NCBI RefSeq assembly: GCF_001194135.2
Contig: NC_068990.1
Location: forward strand, 16,072,009-16,136,008
Direction: 5' to 3'
DNA from: Octopus bimaculoides
Taxonomy: Eukaryota
DNA length: 64,000 nucleotides
Every line of letters begins with the position of its first letter. The stretch's first letter is position 1. Under the pieces are notes generated by a model. The model had not been told where the DNA came from. It did not search any database and saw nothing but the letters and a program-made list of their open reading frames with translations. A program made the translations under genes and the position numbers. This document shows, piece after piece, positions 1-11,503 of this stretch.

Positions 1-19
1 TATAAATTCTATATGTGGT

Positions 20-65
<46 letters not shown>

Positions 66-421
66 TTTTACTTAGACTGTGGCCATGCTGGGGCAGTGCC
101 TTGAAGAATTTTTAGTTGAATGAATTGGCCCCAGTACTTATTCTTTTAAAGCCAGGTACTTATGTTATCAGTCTCTTTTGCCAAGTTGCTAAGTTATAGG
201 GACGTAAACACCAACACTGGCTGTCAAACAGTGGTGGGGGAACAAACAGATACACACATACATACATATATGTATATGACGGGCTTCTTTCAGTTTCCGT
301 CAACCAAATCCACTCACAAGGCTTTGGTCAGCCCAAGGCTAGCCCAAAGTGCAAAACAGTGGGACTGAACCCAGAACCATGTGTTCAGGAAGCAAACTTC
401 TTACCACTCAGCCATGCTTAT
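66..421 (-). mobile_element. tRNA-derived SINE, family A, near full length
   Basis: Reverse complement has the head tggctgagtggtaagaagtttgcttcc...gggttcagtcccact, an internal CA/TA tract and the tail cagcatggccacagtc; the same architecture recurs more than 12 times in the window. Confidence 0.85.
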
Positions 422-697
422 ACACAGCCGTGTGTATATATATATCACTGATATTACTGTATCACTAACGTCCTTGGCAAAAAAGACAAGAACTCCGCCA
501 CTTCCTTCCCCACCTTAATGATCTTACCCCTCCCCTCACTGGCTTCTATGCCCATATAAAGAAACCATCGCCCTCTAACCCTCCTTACTTCCCTCCCTGT
601 TTCCCTGTAGTAATAAGTGTGTTATGACAGATCTGTTCCCCTCCTGTTCATTAAATAGGCGGCATGAAATAACGGTCACCAGCTGTAACAACAACAC

Positions 698-700
<3 letters not shown>

Positions 701-768
<68 letters not shown>
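701..768. repeat. (AG)n microsatellite
   Basis: Direct reading. Confidence 0.95.
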
Positions 769-939
769 GGGTGAGGAGAAGGGCTCTACGCGATTGTTCT
801 GTCTGCTAGAAGTAACAGTCAAATCTGTTTTCAATCGTGTCTTGTCATAAAACTGATGTTTACATCTGCAGATGAGAGAGAGAGAGAGTAAACGGGAGAA
901 ATAGAGAAGAAAGGAGGCAAGCGCTAAATAATGTGTCAA

Positions 940-1712
940 AGGGTCTGTATATGTGTGTGTATATGTGTACATGTTTGTATGTGTATTTATGCGTATATGC
1001 ATAAATGTTGTATATGTGTGTGTGTATGAATGTGTGTGCGTGTGTTTGTACATATGTATGAATGTATGTGTGTATGTATAAATGTGTCTTTGTATGTATG
1101 AATGTATTTATGTATGAATATATATGTAAAGTGTGGATGTGTGTGTATATGTGTGTGTATGTATGCCTGTAAGTACACATGTATGTGTATGAATGTATGT
1201 GTGTACGTACATATGAATGTATATATGCGTGTGTGTATGTGTGTATATGTGTGTGTGTGTGTATTCATTGTGTATGTATGTATGCATGTATATATCTGTA
1301 AAGAAAAATGTGTGTGCGTGTGTGTGTGTGTGTGTNNNNNNNNNNTTTGTATGTGTATTTATGCGTATATGCATAAATGTTGTATATGTGTGTGTGTATG
1401 AATGTGTGTGCGTGTGTTTGTACATATGTATGAATGTATGTGTGTATGTATAAATGTGTCTTTGTATGTATGAATGTATTTATGTATGAATATATATGTA
1501 AAGTGTGGATGTGTGTGTATATGTGTGTGTATGTATGCCTGTAAGTACACATGTATGTGTATGAATGTATGTGTGTACGTACATATGAATGTATATATGC
1601 GTGTGTGTATGTGTGTATATGTGTGTGTGTGTGTATTCATTGTGTATGTATGTATGCATGTATATATCTGTAAAGAAAAATGTGTGTGCGTGTGTGTGTG
1701 TGTGTGTGTGTA
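940..1712. repeat. TG/TA compound low-complexity tract; 372-bp segment duplicated across a 10-N gap
   Basis: 974-1335 is repeated at 1346 onward (offset 372). Confidence 0.9.
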
Positions 1713-1852
1713 GATGGATAGCAACAAACTGCCGCCCTTTTACCAAGAAAGCAGTGATAAAATGTATTCTTACATTCAGCAGAAATCACTCTACGGACAA
1801 CCAAAAGACAGACTTGTTCTTGTTGCAAAGACAACACGTAATCAATATCAAG

Positions 1853-2108
1853 TATCTTTTATCTTTTACTTGTTTCAATCGTTGGACTGTGGCCATGCTG
1901 GGGCACTGCCTTGAAGGGTTTTGTCAGACAAATTGACTGCAGTACCTGTTTTTCTTTTTTAAAGCCTGGTATTTATTCTAGTGGTCTCTTTGGTTGAACC
2001 GCTAAGTTATGGGACGTAAATAAACTAACACTATCAACTGGTGGGGCAGACAAAGACACTTACATATACATATTTACACAAACACACACGCACACATGTG
2101 TGTGTATG

Positions 2109-2110
<2 letters not shown>
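1853..2110 (-). mobile_element. SINE family A, 3' half
   Basis: gactgtggccatgctggggcactgccttgaag tail matches the other A copies. Confidence 0.8.
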
Positions 2111-2159
<49 letters not shown>

Positions 2160-2164
<5 letters not shown>

Positions 2165-2923
2165 GTCTGATCAATAAGTATCTGGACTGTTGCCATAGTA
2201 ACGAAGCTAAAGCACGCAGAGTGAAGCTGTCACTTGGCAAAGATTGACCTTGATCTCTGCTGTGCATGCACACTAGGTTTTAATGTTCTAGCTCACTTCC
2301 ACTGTTTACAGCAGTGCTTGGAAGGAAGGTGTGTAGCATGTGATTGTTGCAATGACCATGGCAGAGAAAGCTGTCATGGCGATACCTGCTCAGAAGCCTG
2401 CGCAAAGTTGCAGAAAGTGTATCGAGAGGAGTGTATGAGCTGCATACACAAGTGGTTCAGAGACTCACAACTAGCAGAACTGAGAAAAAACGTTGCCGAT
2501 GTATGTGCAGCTGTGAGGGAAAACCGTCAAATCACCATCTGTGAGTTATCAGAGGATGTGCAGATTAGGTTCAGGTCAGTCCATTATCACTGAAGATATG
2601 GGTATGAGACACATGTCTGCCAAGTTTGTACCAAAACTGCTTTCAGCCGACCAAAAAGACACTCGGGTTTCAGTTGCACAAGATCTCCTTGATTGTGTCG
2701 AGAATGATGAAAACTTTTTGAAAACTTTGCGTAGGCCTCTGAGCAGGTATTGCCAAGCTTTTGGCAAAATTTGATGCAGATTCTCTGCTGAAATTTTTTC
2801 TGTTGTGGTCAATGCAATGATCACACACTACACACCTTCCTTCCAAGTACTGCTGTAAACAGTGGAAGTGAGTTAGAATGTTAAATCTTTGTGTGCGTGC
2901 GCAGCAGAGTTCAGGGTCAATCT
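2160..2923 (+). mobile_element. Internally deleted mariner element with long inverted arms and a frameshifted transposase fragment
   Basis: Two frames join as VADVCAAVRENRQITICELSEDVQI../SIITEDMGMRHMSAKFVPKLLSADQKDTRVSVAQDLL..DENFL, a mariner HTH region with the (W)VPKLL motif. 2240-2410 is an inverted repeat of 2722-2923. The element starts after TA. Confidence 0.85.
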
Positions 2924-3151
2924 AAAATAAAATAAAATTTAGGATTTATGGGTGGGGGGTCAAAGTTGGGAACAAAAACAGGACAGTTAAGACATGCAAG
3001 GAAACCGAACGAAAACAAATATGGTGAGTCATTAGACCAGAATGAGAGGAAAATAGTGAACACTGGGAGAAATATTTTCTTTGAAAAAAGAAAAGATAGA
3101 AGAGAGAAAAAAGCGTCCAGTCCTGAACGTCTGTGCAGGAAAGAAAAGATG

Positions 3152-3548
3152 TACAGTTGTGGCTATGTGGTTAGAAGCTTGCTTCCCAACCACATGGTTC
3201 TGGGTTCAGTTCCACTATGTGATGCTTTGAGCAAGTGTATTCTACTATTGCCTCCCTCAAGCCGACCAAAGCCTTGTGGGTGGATTTGGAAGATGGAAAC
3301 TGATGTATATACATTTATGTGTGTCTTTGTGTCTATGTTTTATCCTCCCACCACCACTTGACAACCGAAGTTGGTGTGTTTGCATCCCCGTAACTTAGTG
3401 GTTCGGTAAAAGTTACCCATAGAATAAATATCAGGCTTAGCAAAAAAATTAAGTACTGGAGTCAATTCATTCAACTAAATACTCTTCAAGGTGGCGCTGC
3501 CCTACCGTGGTCGCAGTCTAATGACTGAAATAAGTAGAAGATAAAAGA
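3152..3548 (+). mobile_element. SINE family A, full length
   Basis: Head gtggctatgtggttagaagcttgcttcccaaccacatggttctgggttcagttccact; tail aatgactgaaataagtagaagataaaaga. Confidence 0.85.
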
Positions 3549-3714
3549 TATATGTGCATATAGACATATATATGATGGTGCTCCAGCATGACCATGGCTG
3601 AAATGAATTAAAGAATAAAAGAATGTATGCACTTACACACACATACACACACACACACATTTACCTATATATACATATATGTATGTATGTATGATGGGCT
3701 TCTACACAGTTTCT

Positions 3715-3937
3715 TATTTCTTTACTGCCCACAAGGGACTACACACAGAGGGGACAAACAAGAACAGACAAAGGGATTAAGTCGATTATATCAACCCCAG
3801 TGCATAACTGGTACTTATTTAATCGTCCCCGAAAGGATGAAAGGCAAAGTCGACCTTGGCGGAATTTGAACTAAGAACGTAGCGGCAGACGAAATACTGC
3901 TAAGCATTTCACCTGGCATGCTAACGTTTCTGCCAGC
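3715..3937 (-). mobile_element. SINE family B inserted into a minus-strand family A copy, 14-bp TSD
   Basis: tctacacagtttct at 3701-3714 and 3938-3951; head gagctggcagaaacgttagca...gttcaaattccgcc; CpGs retained (young copy). Confidence 0.9.
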
Positions 3938-4359
3938 TCTACACAGTTTCTGTCCACCAAATTTATTCACAATGCATTAACCAGCCTGAGGTTGTAGAAA
4001 ACAGTTACCCAAGTGTCAAGCAGTAGGATTGAACCTAACCCATACGGTTACAAAATAAACTTCTTAACAATACAGCCACGCCTGCACCTGATGCTTAAAA
4101 AAATTATAATAATACTGGAAAACCCCACATGGAATAATCCTATCTGTGGCAGACATTATTTCTTCACTTAGTTTTCTTTGTAATAGAGATTTTGGTTGTG
4201 TTTTGAAGCCCCTTGCCAGCCATTTACTGGGGTAAATCTCTGATACTGATTAGGAATGAAATTTAAGAAGAAAAAATGCAATTGAAGGCAGAGCTTCCAT
4301 GTAGTCAACTCGCCCTGGGAAAAATATCATCCAAATCTCACTCAAATTAGACTCTACCA

Positions 4360-4390
<31 letters not shown>

Positions 4391-4414
4391 ATATATGTGC
4401 TTGTGCACACAGAC

Positions 4415-4457
<43 letters not shown>

Positions 4458-4499
4458 TAATTAAAAGAAAAAAGAAAAAAAACAACAATGTGAGAATGA

Positions 4500-4900
4500 A
4501 GTACATGCAAAGTATTAATGAGACACCCAGAGAAGGAAAGAAAGAGTGGTTGTTTTATATTTCACGCTTAGCTCTTCATTGGAAACAGGAGACATAAGAA
4601 AGTCCAAAAGAAAAGGAAGAAGAAGGGAAAAAAATTGCCCACAGTCCATGTGTTGTTACATTTTTGAAATGACCGGAAGTAGATGGACAAAGTGAAAGTG
4701 CTTTCTGGGACAGGAGAATGTGAAGAAGGAATGGAGGTCAGGCATGGTGAGATGGTGTGGGTGTAGGTGTGGGTGTAGGTGTGGGTTATGGCGAGGAAGA
4801 GGAAAAGGAAGGGGAGTGGAAGTAGAACTGGAGATAAGTTGAGATAACTGGAGATAAGGTGTTATAAAGGATGTTGATTGACCTTTCTCACAACAATACT
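4500..4900 (-). mobile_element. Probable Penelope-like terminal-repeat remnant with a decayed hammerhead motif
   Basis: The minus strand is pyrimidine-rich and leads into tgtttc-caatga-a-gagc-taa-gcgt-gaaa-tata-aaaca (4551-4587). Confidence 0.4.
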
Positions 4901-5087
4901 CCACACATAGTAGTCCCATGAATTGCTACATATTTAAAGGCAGCAAACATTTGTATGTGCCATATACAGGGTGCACTCCCCCATGCCCCATCCCTTCATC
5001 AGTCTTGATAAACACTTCAACAGTAAACCATTATGGTGACTAAGAAAAATGGTAAAACATTAGCTCTATGAAAATAGTGTTACCATA

Positions 5088-5470
5088 GGTGCAAGAGTGG
5101 TTGTGTGATAAGAAGCTTGCTTCCCAACCACATGGTTTTGGATTTAGTCCCACTGTGTGGCACCTTGTACTATAGCCTCAGGCCAACCAAAGCCTCTTAA
5201 GTGGTTTTGGTAGACGAAAACTGAAAGAATTGTGTTGTATATGTGTCTGTGTTTGTGTGTGTGTGTGTGTCCCTCACCACTGCTTGACAACCAGTGTTGG
5301 TGTGTTTATGTCCCTGTAACTTAGTGGTTCAGCAAAAGACCCATAGAATAAGCACTAGGCTTTAAAAAAACAATAAGTACTGGGATTGATTTGTTTGACT
5401 AAAACCCTTCAGGGTAGTGCCCCAGCTTGACAACAGTCAAATGACTGAAACAAATAAAAGATAAAAGATG
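5088..5470 (+). mobile_element. SINE family A
   Basis: Head and tail match the other A copies. Confidence 0.85.
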
Positions 5471-5559
5471 TAAGTAACTCCATCAGAAGCAGAAAAAAAT
5501 AAAATCGATGGGAGATTTTCTGCTGCATCCTGTTGGATACATTATGTGCACAGTATATA

Positions 5560-5800
5560 GGGACTTAGGGACATAGGTACATGTGCCCTAGGACTCATAA
5601 AACTTGAGATTATACCAGATCCATGGTATATAAGCAACTGAGATAACAACACTACTACATAAATGAGATGCTTGTCTGTCACAGCAATGTGAAATGAAGT
5701 GGTTTGTTCAAGAACACAACGCATTACTCAGTCTCGAAATCAAAACCATGATCTTCCAATCATGAATGCAACACCCTAACCATAAGGCCATGTGCCTTCA
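5560..5800 (-). mobile_element. SINE family C
   Basis: tcaagaacacaac...caacaccctaacca...gccatgtgccttc matches the copies at 9025 and 10244. Confidence 0.7.
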
Positions 5801-5934
5801 TCAAATATAGGGAAGAAAAGTTAAAATATTTTTAATCAGGCTGAATGGGAGCGATTGTGACTTTGAAGTGAAACATGGTACCAACCAGTTTACTTGCTTT
5901 CCTCTAAGGACAAGTAAACATTTCTATTTGTCAC

Positions 5935-6061
5935 TCCCTCCTTTCTTCAACTCTTTTATTCATGTAAACTATAATACGACAACATAGGTGATGGTATTAG
6001 TCTTTGTTGCTACTCCATTCATAAAGGAAGGTGAAAGCATCTACTGTTTAAAATATCGCAC
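5935..6061 (-). other. Candidate terminal exon
   Basis: Acceptor tttgtttccccag|G at 6061; phase-0 reading VRYFKQ*; AATAAA at 5960-5955. Confidence 0.25.
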
Positions 6062-6367
6062 CTGGGGAAACAAATTTACTATTTTTTACCAACTGAAGTA
6101 ATCTCACAATTTTTTAAATTTTTTTTTTATTGGTGGTGAGGGTGAATATTTCTATAAAGCATTGATTTATTTGATGTGACTAGAAAAATGTCTCTTTTTT
6201 TTCTCTCCATTTTTTGATACTGAATTTTATTGTTCACTAACCAAAAATAGATAAAGAAACAAAAAATTTTTGTGTGCAACGTTACATCTTTATAATAGTA
6301 AAATTCAAAGTTTGTTTGTCTGTTTGTGTGTTCCCGGATTTCAGAGAAAACAGCCGTCGTATTCATT

Positions 6368-6421
6368 AAAGTTGGCAAACTGGATGAAATGAGATGGCGG
6401 GCCATAGTTTGCCAACCCCTG
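6368..6421. mobile_element. Tiny hAT (Charlie/MER20-type) remnant
   Basis: gttggcaaact...agtttgccaacccctg inverted ends; 3' end gcgggccatagtttgccaacccctg. Confidence 0.5.
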
Positions 6422-7079
6422 TATTATATAACTGCAAACACAACACAGCATACATACATGCATACATAACTACATACATGCCTAGATATGCATACTTACA
6501 TTGATACATAACTTCATACATACCCATACATACATAAATACATGCATACTACCATATCCTCTCATTCACTCATATATACACTCTCTCTGTTTCTCTCAGT
6601 CCTTCCCTCTCTTTGTTTCCTTTTCCCTCTCTTCCCTTTTCCCTCTAAAGTGAACCCTATTAAAAATGGATATGACAAACAAAAGAGCAATAGTTTTTAA
6701 TGCTAATACAGGATCTCACAGAGGAGTGAGAGAGGAGGTGGCACTGTTGATGAAATCAACTTCAGTATTTAGCTGGTACCTATTTCATTTAATCACTCCA
6801 AGAAAGGACGCATTAAATGGATAGCAGAATTGTTGACCTGAGTTCAAATCCTGACTGCAGAAACTTGATCTTTAATCATTCTGGTGACCAATAAACAGCT
6901 GAAGAGAGATATATTCAACTGTGCACTCTCCAAAAAAATTATGTCCTCATACAGGAGTTGTTCTGTCTGTTTTTTGCATTTGTCTCATGGTTAATGAAAT
7001 AGTTTTCTAAATTTGATGATGGGCCCTGCCTAAGTAATCTTATCTGTCCTCTTGCTCCCAGCAAAGAAATATCTAAAAA

Positions 7080-7295
7080 GGTTTGTCAGTCTGGCTCATG
7101 GTCTCAGTCAACAAAATGGAAAAAGCATTGCCCTGGAGGATGGTGAGGGAAATGCATTAGAACAGCCACTCTTACTCCCAGGGCTTGCATTTGTGGATGA
7201 CCATCTCTGTCTCGATAGCGGTGAGCAAGGATGTGGTCCAGGGGCCAAGAATGCTAGAGGTCTCCACTGCCACACGTTTAACCACACACTTGCAT
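7080..7295 (-). pseudogene. CRE-clade-like non-LTR retrotransposon relic (C-terminal restriction-like endonuclease)
   Basis: Minus frame VAVETSSILGPWTTSLLTAIETEMVIHKCKPWE*EWLF*CISLTILQGNAFSIL fits the family pattern P.AVET.G..G....L......E..LFQR.S.A.QRGNA; contains stops. Confidence 0.65.
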
Positions 7296-7404
7296 TAGAA
7301 ATTGTGTTATTAATAACAAAAGGATGGAAACAAAACAAAGCAGTTTCAGTAATATTTGACTGAGAATGTAAAAGATATAAAGCCTCTTGTTTGAGACCCT
7401 AATG

Positions 7405-7640
7405 TTTCTGATTTCTTTATTGCCCACAAGGGGCTAAACATAGAGGGGACAAACAAGGACAGACAAAGGGATTAAGTCGATTACATCAATCCCAGTGCCT
7501 AACTGGTACTTAATTTATCGACCCCAAAAGGATGAAAGGCAAAGTCGACCTTGGTGGAATTTGAACTCAGAACGTAACGGCAGACAAAATACCACTAAGC
7601 ATTTCACCCAGTATGCTAACGTGTCTGCCAGCTCACCACC
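7405..7640 (-). mobile_element. SINE family B, full length
   Basis: Near identical to 3715-3937. Confidence 0.9.
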
Positions 7641-7659
7641 TAATGTTTCTTATTTTAAC

Positions 7660-8535
7660 CAGCAATTTTGAGGTAAGTGGGGGTAAGTTGTCAATACTAT
7701 ATGCTTCAGTACTTGATGGATACTTTATTTTATTGACCCCAGAAGAATAAAAGACAAAATTTACCTCATCTGGATTTGAACTCACATGTGTCTAATAATA
7801 AATGTTTTCTCACATTTTCTCAGAGTCACAGGCTTTGCTAAAGAGTTATTGTTGATTGAATCAATCCCAATGCATAACTGTTATCTATTTTATTGATGAA
7901 CGATTAAAAGCAAAGTCTATTCAGGCAAGATTTGACCTCAGAATGCAAAAACATTTTGCCTGGTTCTCTAATGCTTTTTGCTATACACACCTGAACCCAT
8001 GGTTCTTATTTAGGCACAAAGTCAGCAATTTTTTGGGAAGGAAGTTAGCTGATTATATTGATCCTAGTACTTGGCTGTTACTTTATTTTGTTGCTTGGTG
8101 GGATGAACGGTAAAGTTGACTTTAGACTCATATGAGTCTAATATTTCTTTTTCTAATTTTGACACAAAGCAAAGAATTTTAAGGGAAGGCAGAAAATCAA
8201 TTACATCAACCCAAATACTTAAACTAGTTCTTCATTTTATCAACTCTGAGAGAGGATTTAAGACAAAACTGACTTTGGTAGGATTTGAACTCAGAATACA
8301 TTGCCAGAACAAAAATGGCAAAGCATTTCCCCCACACTCTTATGATTCTGTCAGCTTGCCACCTGTACATGGGTCTAATCATAAATGTTTTCTCACATTT
8401 GCATAGAGTCACAGACTTTGCTAAAGAGTTATTGTCAATTGAATCAATCCCAATACATAACTGTTATCTATTTTATCTATTTTACCAACAAAGGATTAAA
8501 AGCAAAGTTTACTCAGACAGGATTTGAACTAAGGA
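7660..8535 (-). repeat. Stack of decayed SINE-B fragments with an internal ~160-bp duplication
   Basis: Repeated gatttgaactc(a) B-box segments; 7785-7945 resembles 8368-8535. Confidence 0.7.
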
Positions 8536-8723
8536 TGAAAAGATAATTGGAAAACTGCAAGAAAGTGATTTAACTTTATGCACAACTATTTCTGCTGCCC
8601 TACCATCTAAATGTCTTGAATAATTCTGATTAGCGGCATTAATAAAATGCTTAAAAAACATTAATTTGTTTTCTTTTCACATGAAATTCTACTTCAGTTA
8701 CACACAACAAAAAAACTACTAAC

Positions 8724-8836
8724 CAAATGACTGTCATAACAAGTAGGCGGCTGTCTCGTATGTAATGGATCGCTTGTCTCAGAAATTGCCCAGCCCTTTA
8801 GAGTTTGGTTACACGCAGAGATGCTAGGGATGGCAG
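8724..8836 (-). CDS. Candidate internal coding exon (113 nt, phase 1 to 0), product unknown
   Basis: Acceptor ttttcattttctctacag, donor TTG|gttagt; single open frame AIPSISACNQTLKGWAISETSDPLHTRQPPTCYDSHL; 4 CpGs in a CpG-poor context. Confidence 0.35.
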
Positions 8837-9024
8837 CTGTAGAGAAAATGAAAATGAGGCAAAGAATCATATTTAGCATTGAGTCAAATTATTGTATGCA
8901 AATTACCCATCAGTGGGAATCACTAATGTCTGCTTTAGCTTGAGGTGAGCATTGGAGTGCTGGAGGTGAGCAAACAGCAAGTATACACCATGTTGTGCCG
9001 TACCATGTGCTCAAAAAGAACTGG

Positions 9025-9342
9025 CACTCCATTAGCTACAACAATGAGGGTTCCAGTTGATCTGATCAACAGAACAGCTTGCTTGTGAAATTAATGTGCA
9101 AGTGGATGAGCACTCCACAGACATGCGTACCCTTAATGTGGTTAGTTCTCAGGAAGATTTAGTATGACACAAAATGTGACAAGGCTGGCCCTTTGAATTA
9201 CAAGTATAACTCATTTTTGCCAGTTTAGTGGACTACAGCAATGTGAAATAAAGTGTCTTGCTCAAGGACACAATGCACTGTCAGATATTGAACTTATGAC
9301 CTTACAACCATGAGCTGAATACCTTAACCACTAAGCCACACC
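9025..9342 (-). mobile_element. SINE family C, near full length
   Basis: Reverse complement tggcttagtggttaagg...tccttgagcaagacactttatttcac...aagggccagccttgtcaca. Confidence 0.8.
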
Positions 9343-9405
9343 ATGGGCTCTCAGCCTCGATGCCTGTTTCTCTCTCCCTCTTCCACAGCCTACCTAGCAT
9401 ATATG

Positions 9406-9409
<4 letters not shown>

Positions 9410-9495
<86 letters not shown>
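9410..9495. repeat. (CT)n microsatellite
   Basis: Direct reading. Confidence 0.95.
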
Positions 9496-9497
<2 letters not shown>

Positions 9498-9499
9498 TG

Positions 9500-10192
9500 T
9501 CCTCTCCCTGTCAGTCAGCTGTATTTTCATTACTAGCCTCTTGCTAGCCCCCATCTACCTCCCCACATTGAACTCCACTAGCTATCCCCCACCTTTGTAT
9601 CCCTCACCACCTCTATCCACCTTTGAATGCTACCTAATCCTTACAGATCACACCTCTCCTTTCTCATTCTCCCCCCATCTCTTTCTCTTCCCTCTACTTA
9701 CACTCTTGCAAAGTCCCACCCACCCATCCACACTCCTAGTTTCTCTATCTGCACTTGGTTCTACTCACCTCATACCTTAAGGTGCCACCTCAACACCTCA
9801 TCGCCCCTATTCATCTCTTTATGGACACTATTGATTCCTTTTTCACTCTCTCCCCTAAATGTGAGTTGCCATGTAGCTCCTCTACAACAAGAACCTGCTC
9901 TGCCCAAACCCTTTCTCTCATATTTTAAACCCCCACCAAGCATAAAGGTGCTGCCCCCAACCCTGGGTTTTGTAGCCTTGCAAGCTGCATGATGACTTCA
10001 CTTATGCCAGTGGCATGAAAAAGAGCACCCAATACATGCTGTAAAGTGGTTGACATTAGGAAAGGCATCCAGCTGTGGAAACCATGTCAAAGCAGACACT
10101 GAAGGATGATACAGTTCTTGGACTCATTGGATCCTGTCAAACCATCCAACCCATGCCAGAATGGAATACAGACATTAAATCATGATGATGTG
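9500..10192 (+). mobile_element. Pyrimidine-rich LINE-like 3' region ending in a family D (GAT)n tail
   Basis: aatgtgagttgccatgtagctcctctacaacaagaa is homologous in reverse to 52480-52530 and 16440-16490; ends ttaggaaaggcatccagc...aaatcatgatgatg. Confidence 0.6.
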
Positions 10193-10243
10193 TATATACA
10201 TATATGTATATATATATTTATATACATATATGTATATATGTAT

Positions 10244-10495
10244 GGAGGCATGTGGCTTAGTGTTAGGGTGCTGGACTCATGATTGTAAGATTGTGGTTTT
10301 GATTCCTGGACTGGATGACACATTGTGTTCTTGAGCAAGACACTTCATTTCATGTTGCTCCAGTCCACTCAGCTGGCAAAACGGAATAATCCTGTGATGG
10401 ACTAGTGTTCTGTCCAGTGGGTGGGGATATATACACCACAGAAGCTGGGAAAACTGGCCCTGCGAGTCTATAGCACTAGGGAAGCAATATTTCTC
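10244..10495 (+). mobile_element. SINE family C
   Basis: ggaggcatgtggcttagtgttaggg (A-box) ... gttttgattcc (B-box) ... ttgtgttcttgagcaagacac. Confidence 0.8.
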
Positions 10496-10672
10496 CTTTT
10501 GTATATACATATGTGTATACACACGTGCATGTGTGTGTGTTGTGTGTTTGGATATATGTGAATATATGTGTGTATAGATATATATGTACGTGTGTACAGA
10601 TTTATATATGTGTATGTATTCACATGTGTGTGTGTATTGGTATATATATGTGTGGGTGTACATATACATACC

Positions 10673-10674
<2 letters not shown>

Positions 10675-10758
<84 letters not shown>
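10675..10758. repeat. (TA)n microsatellite in a long TA/CA tract
   Basis: Direct reading. Confidence 0.95.
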
Positions 10759-10764
<6 letters not shown>

Positions 10765-11503
10765 CATACATACATACATGCATACATACATACATGCATA
10801 CATACACACACATACACAGACACATATATACCAGAATGTCAGCAAAACATTTTCAAGTGAGAGATGTCAACCATCTCAGCTGACACATAAATATATCATA
10901 TGTTTTATATATACATATAGATATAGGATGTATATATAATATTGTATGTTTATATATAATATAATCTTACTTATGTCGTGTTTTATCATGTTTGCTATTT
11001 TCAACATATTTTTGTGGGAAATGTTTTTCATTCTATGACACAAACACACGCATATGTGTGTATATGCATGTATGTATTTATATATACATATATATGTGTA
11101 TGTGTATCTATTTAAACATGCAATATACTTATATATCTGTGTTTCTGCACATGTGTGTGTGTGTATATGTATATATGTGTGAGTTTATTTCTACATATGT
11201 TTTTATTTTAGCATATATGTATTTGTATGTGTAGATATGTATGTATATATGTGTAAGTATATCTATGTTGTGTGTGTGTGTGTGTTAAAATGCTTTTATG
11301 GATATATTTATAGGTTTGGATGTATATATATATATATATATATTCAAACCTGTACATGCATGAAGAACAACAAAAATCTCACAGTGCAATAAATAAACAA
11401 CTGACTACAGGACACGATTTAGAAAGCAAAAATGTCCAATGAGACGTTCACATTTGTAACAACGAGACTTTCACTCCATATTAAAAAAAAAAAGAATGAA
11501 AAT

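Noticed and set aside
974-1710. 372-bp tandem duplication
   Set aside because: The copies abut a 10-N gap; most likely unmerged overlapping contig ends.
4950-5010. ctgatgaaggg on the minus strand
   Set aside because: No correctly placed GAAA or stem III.
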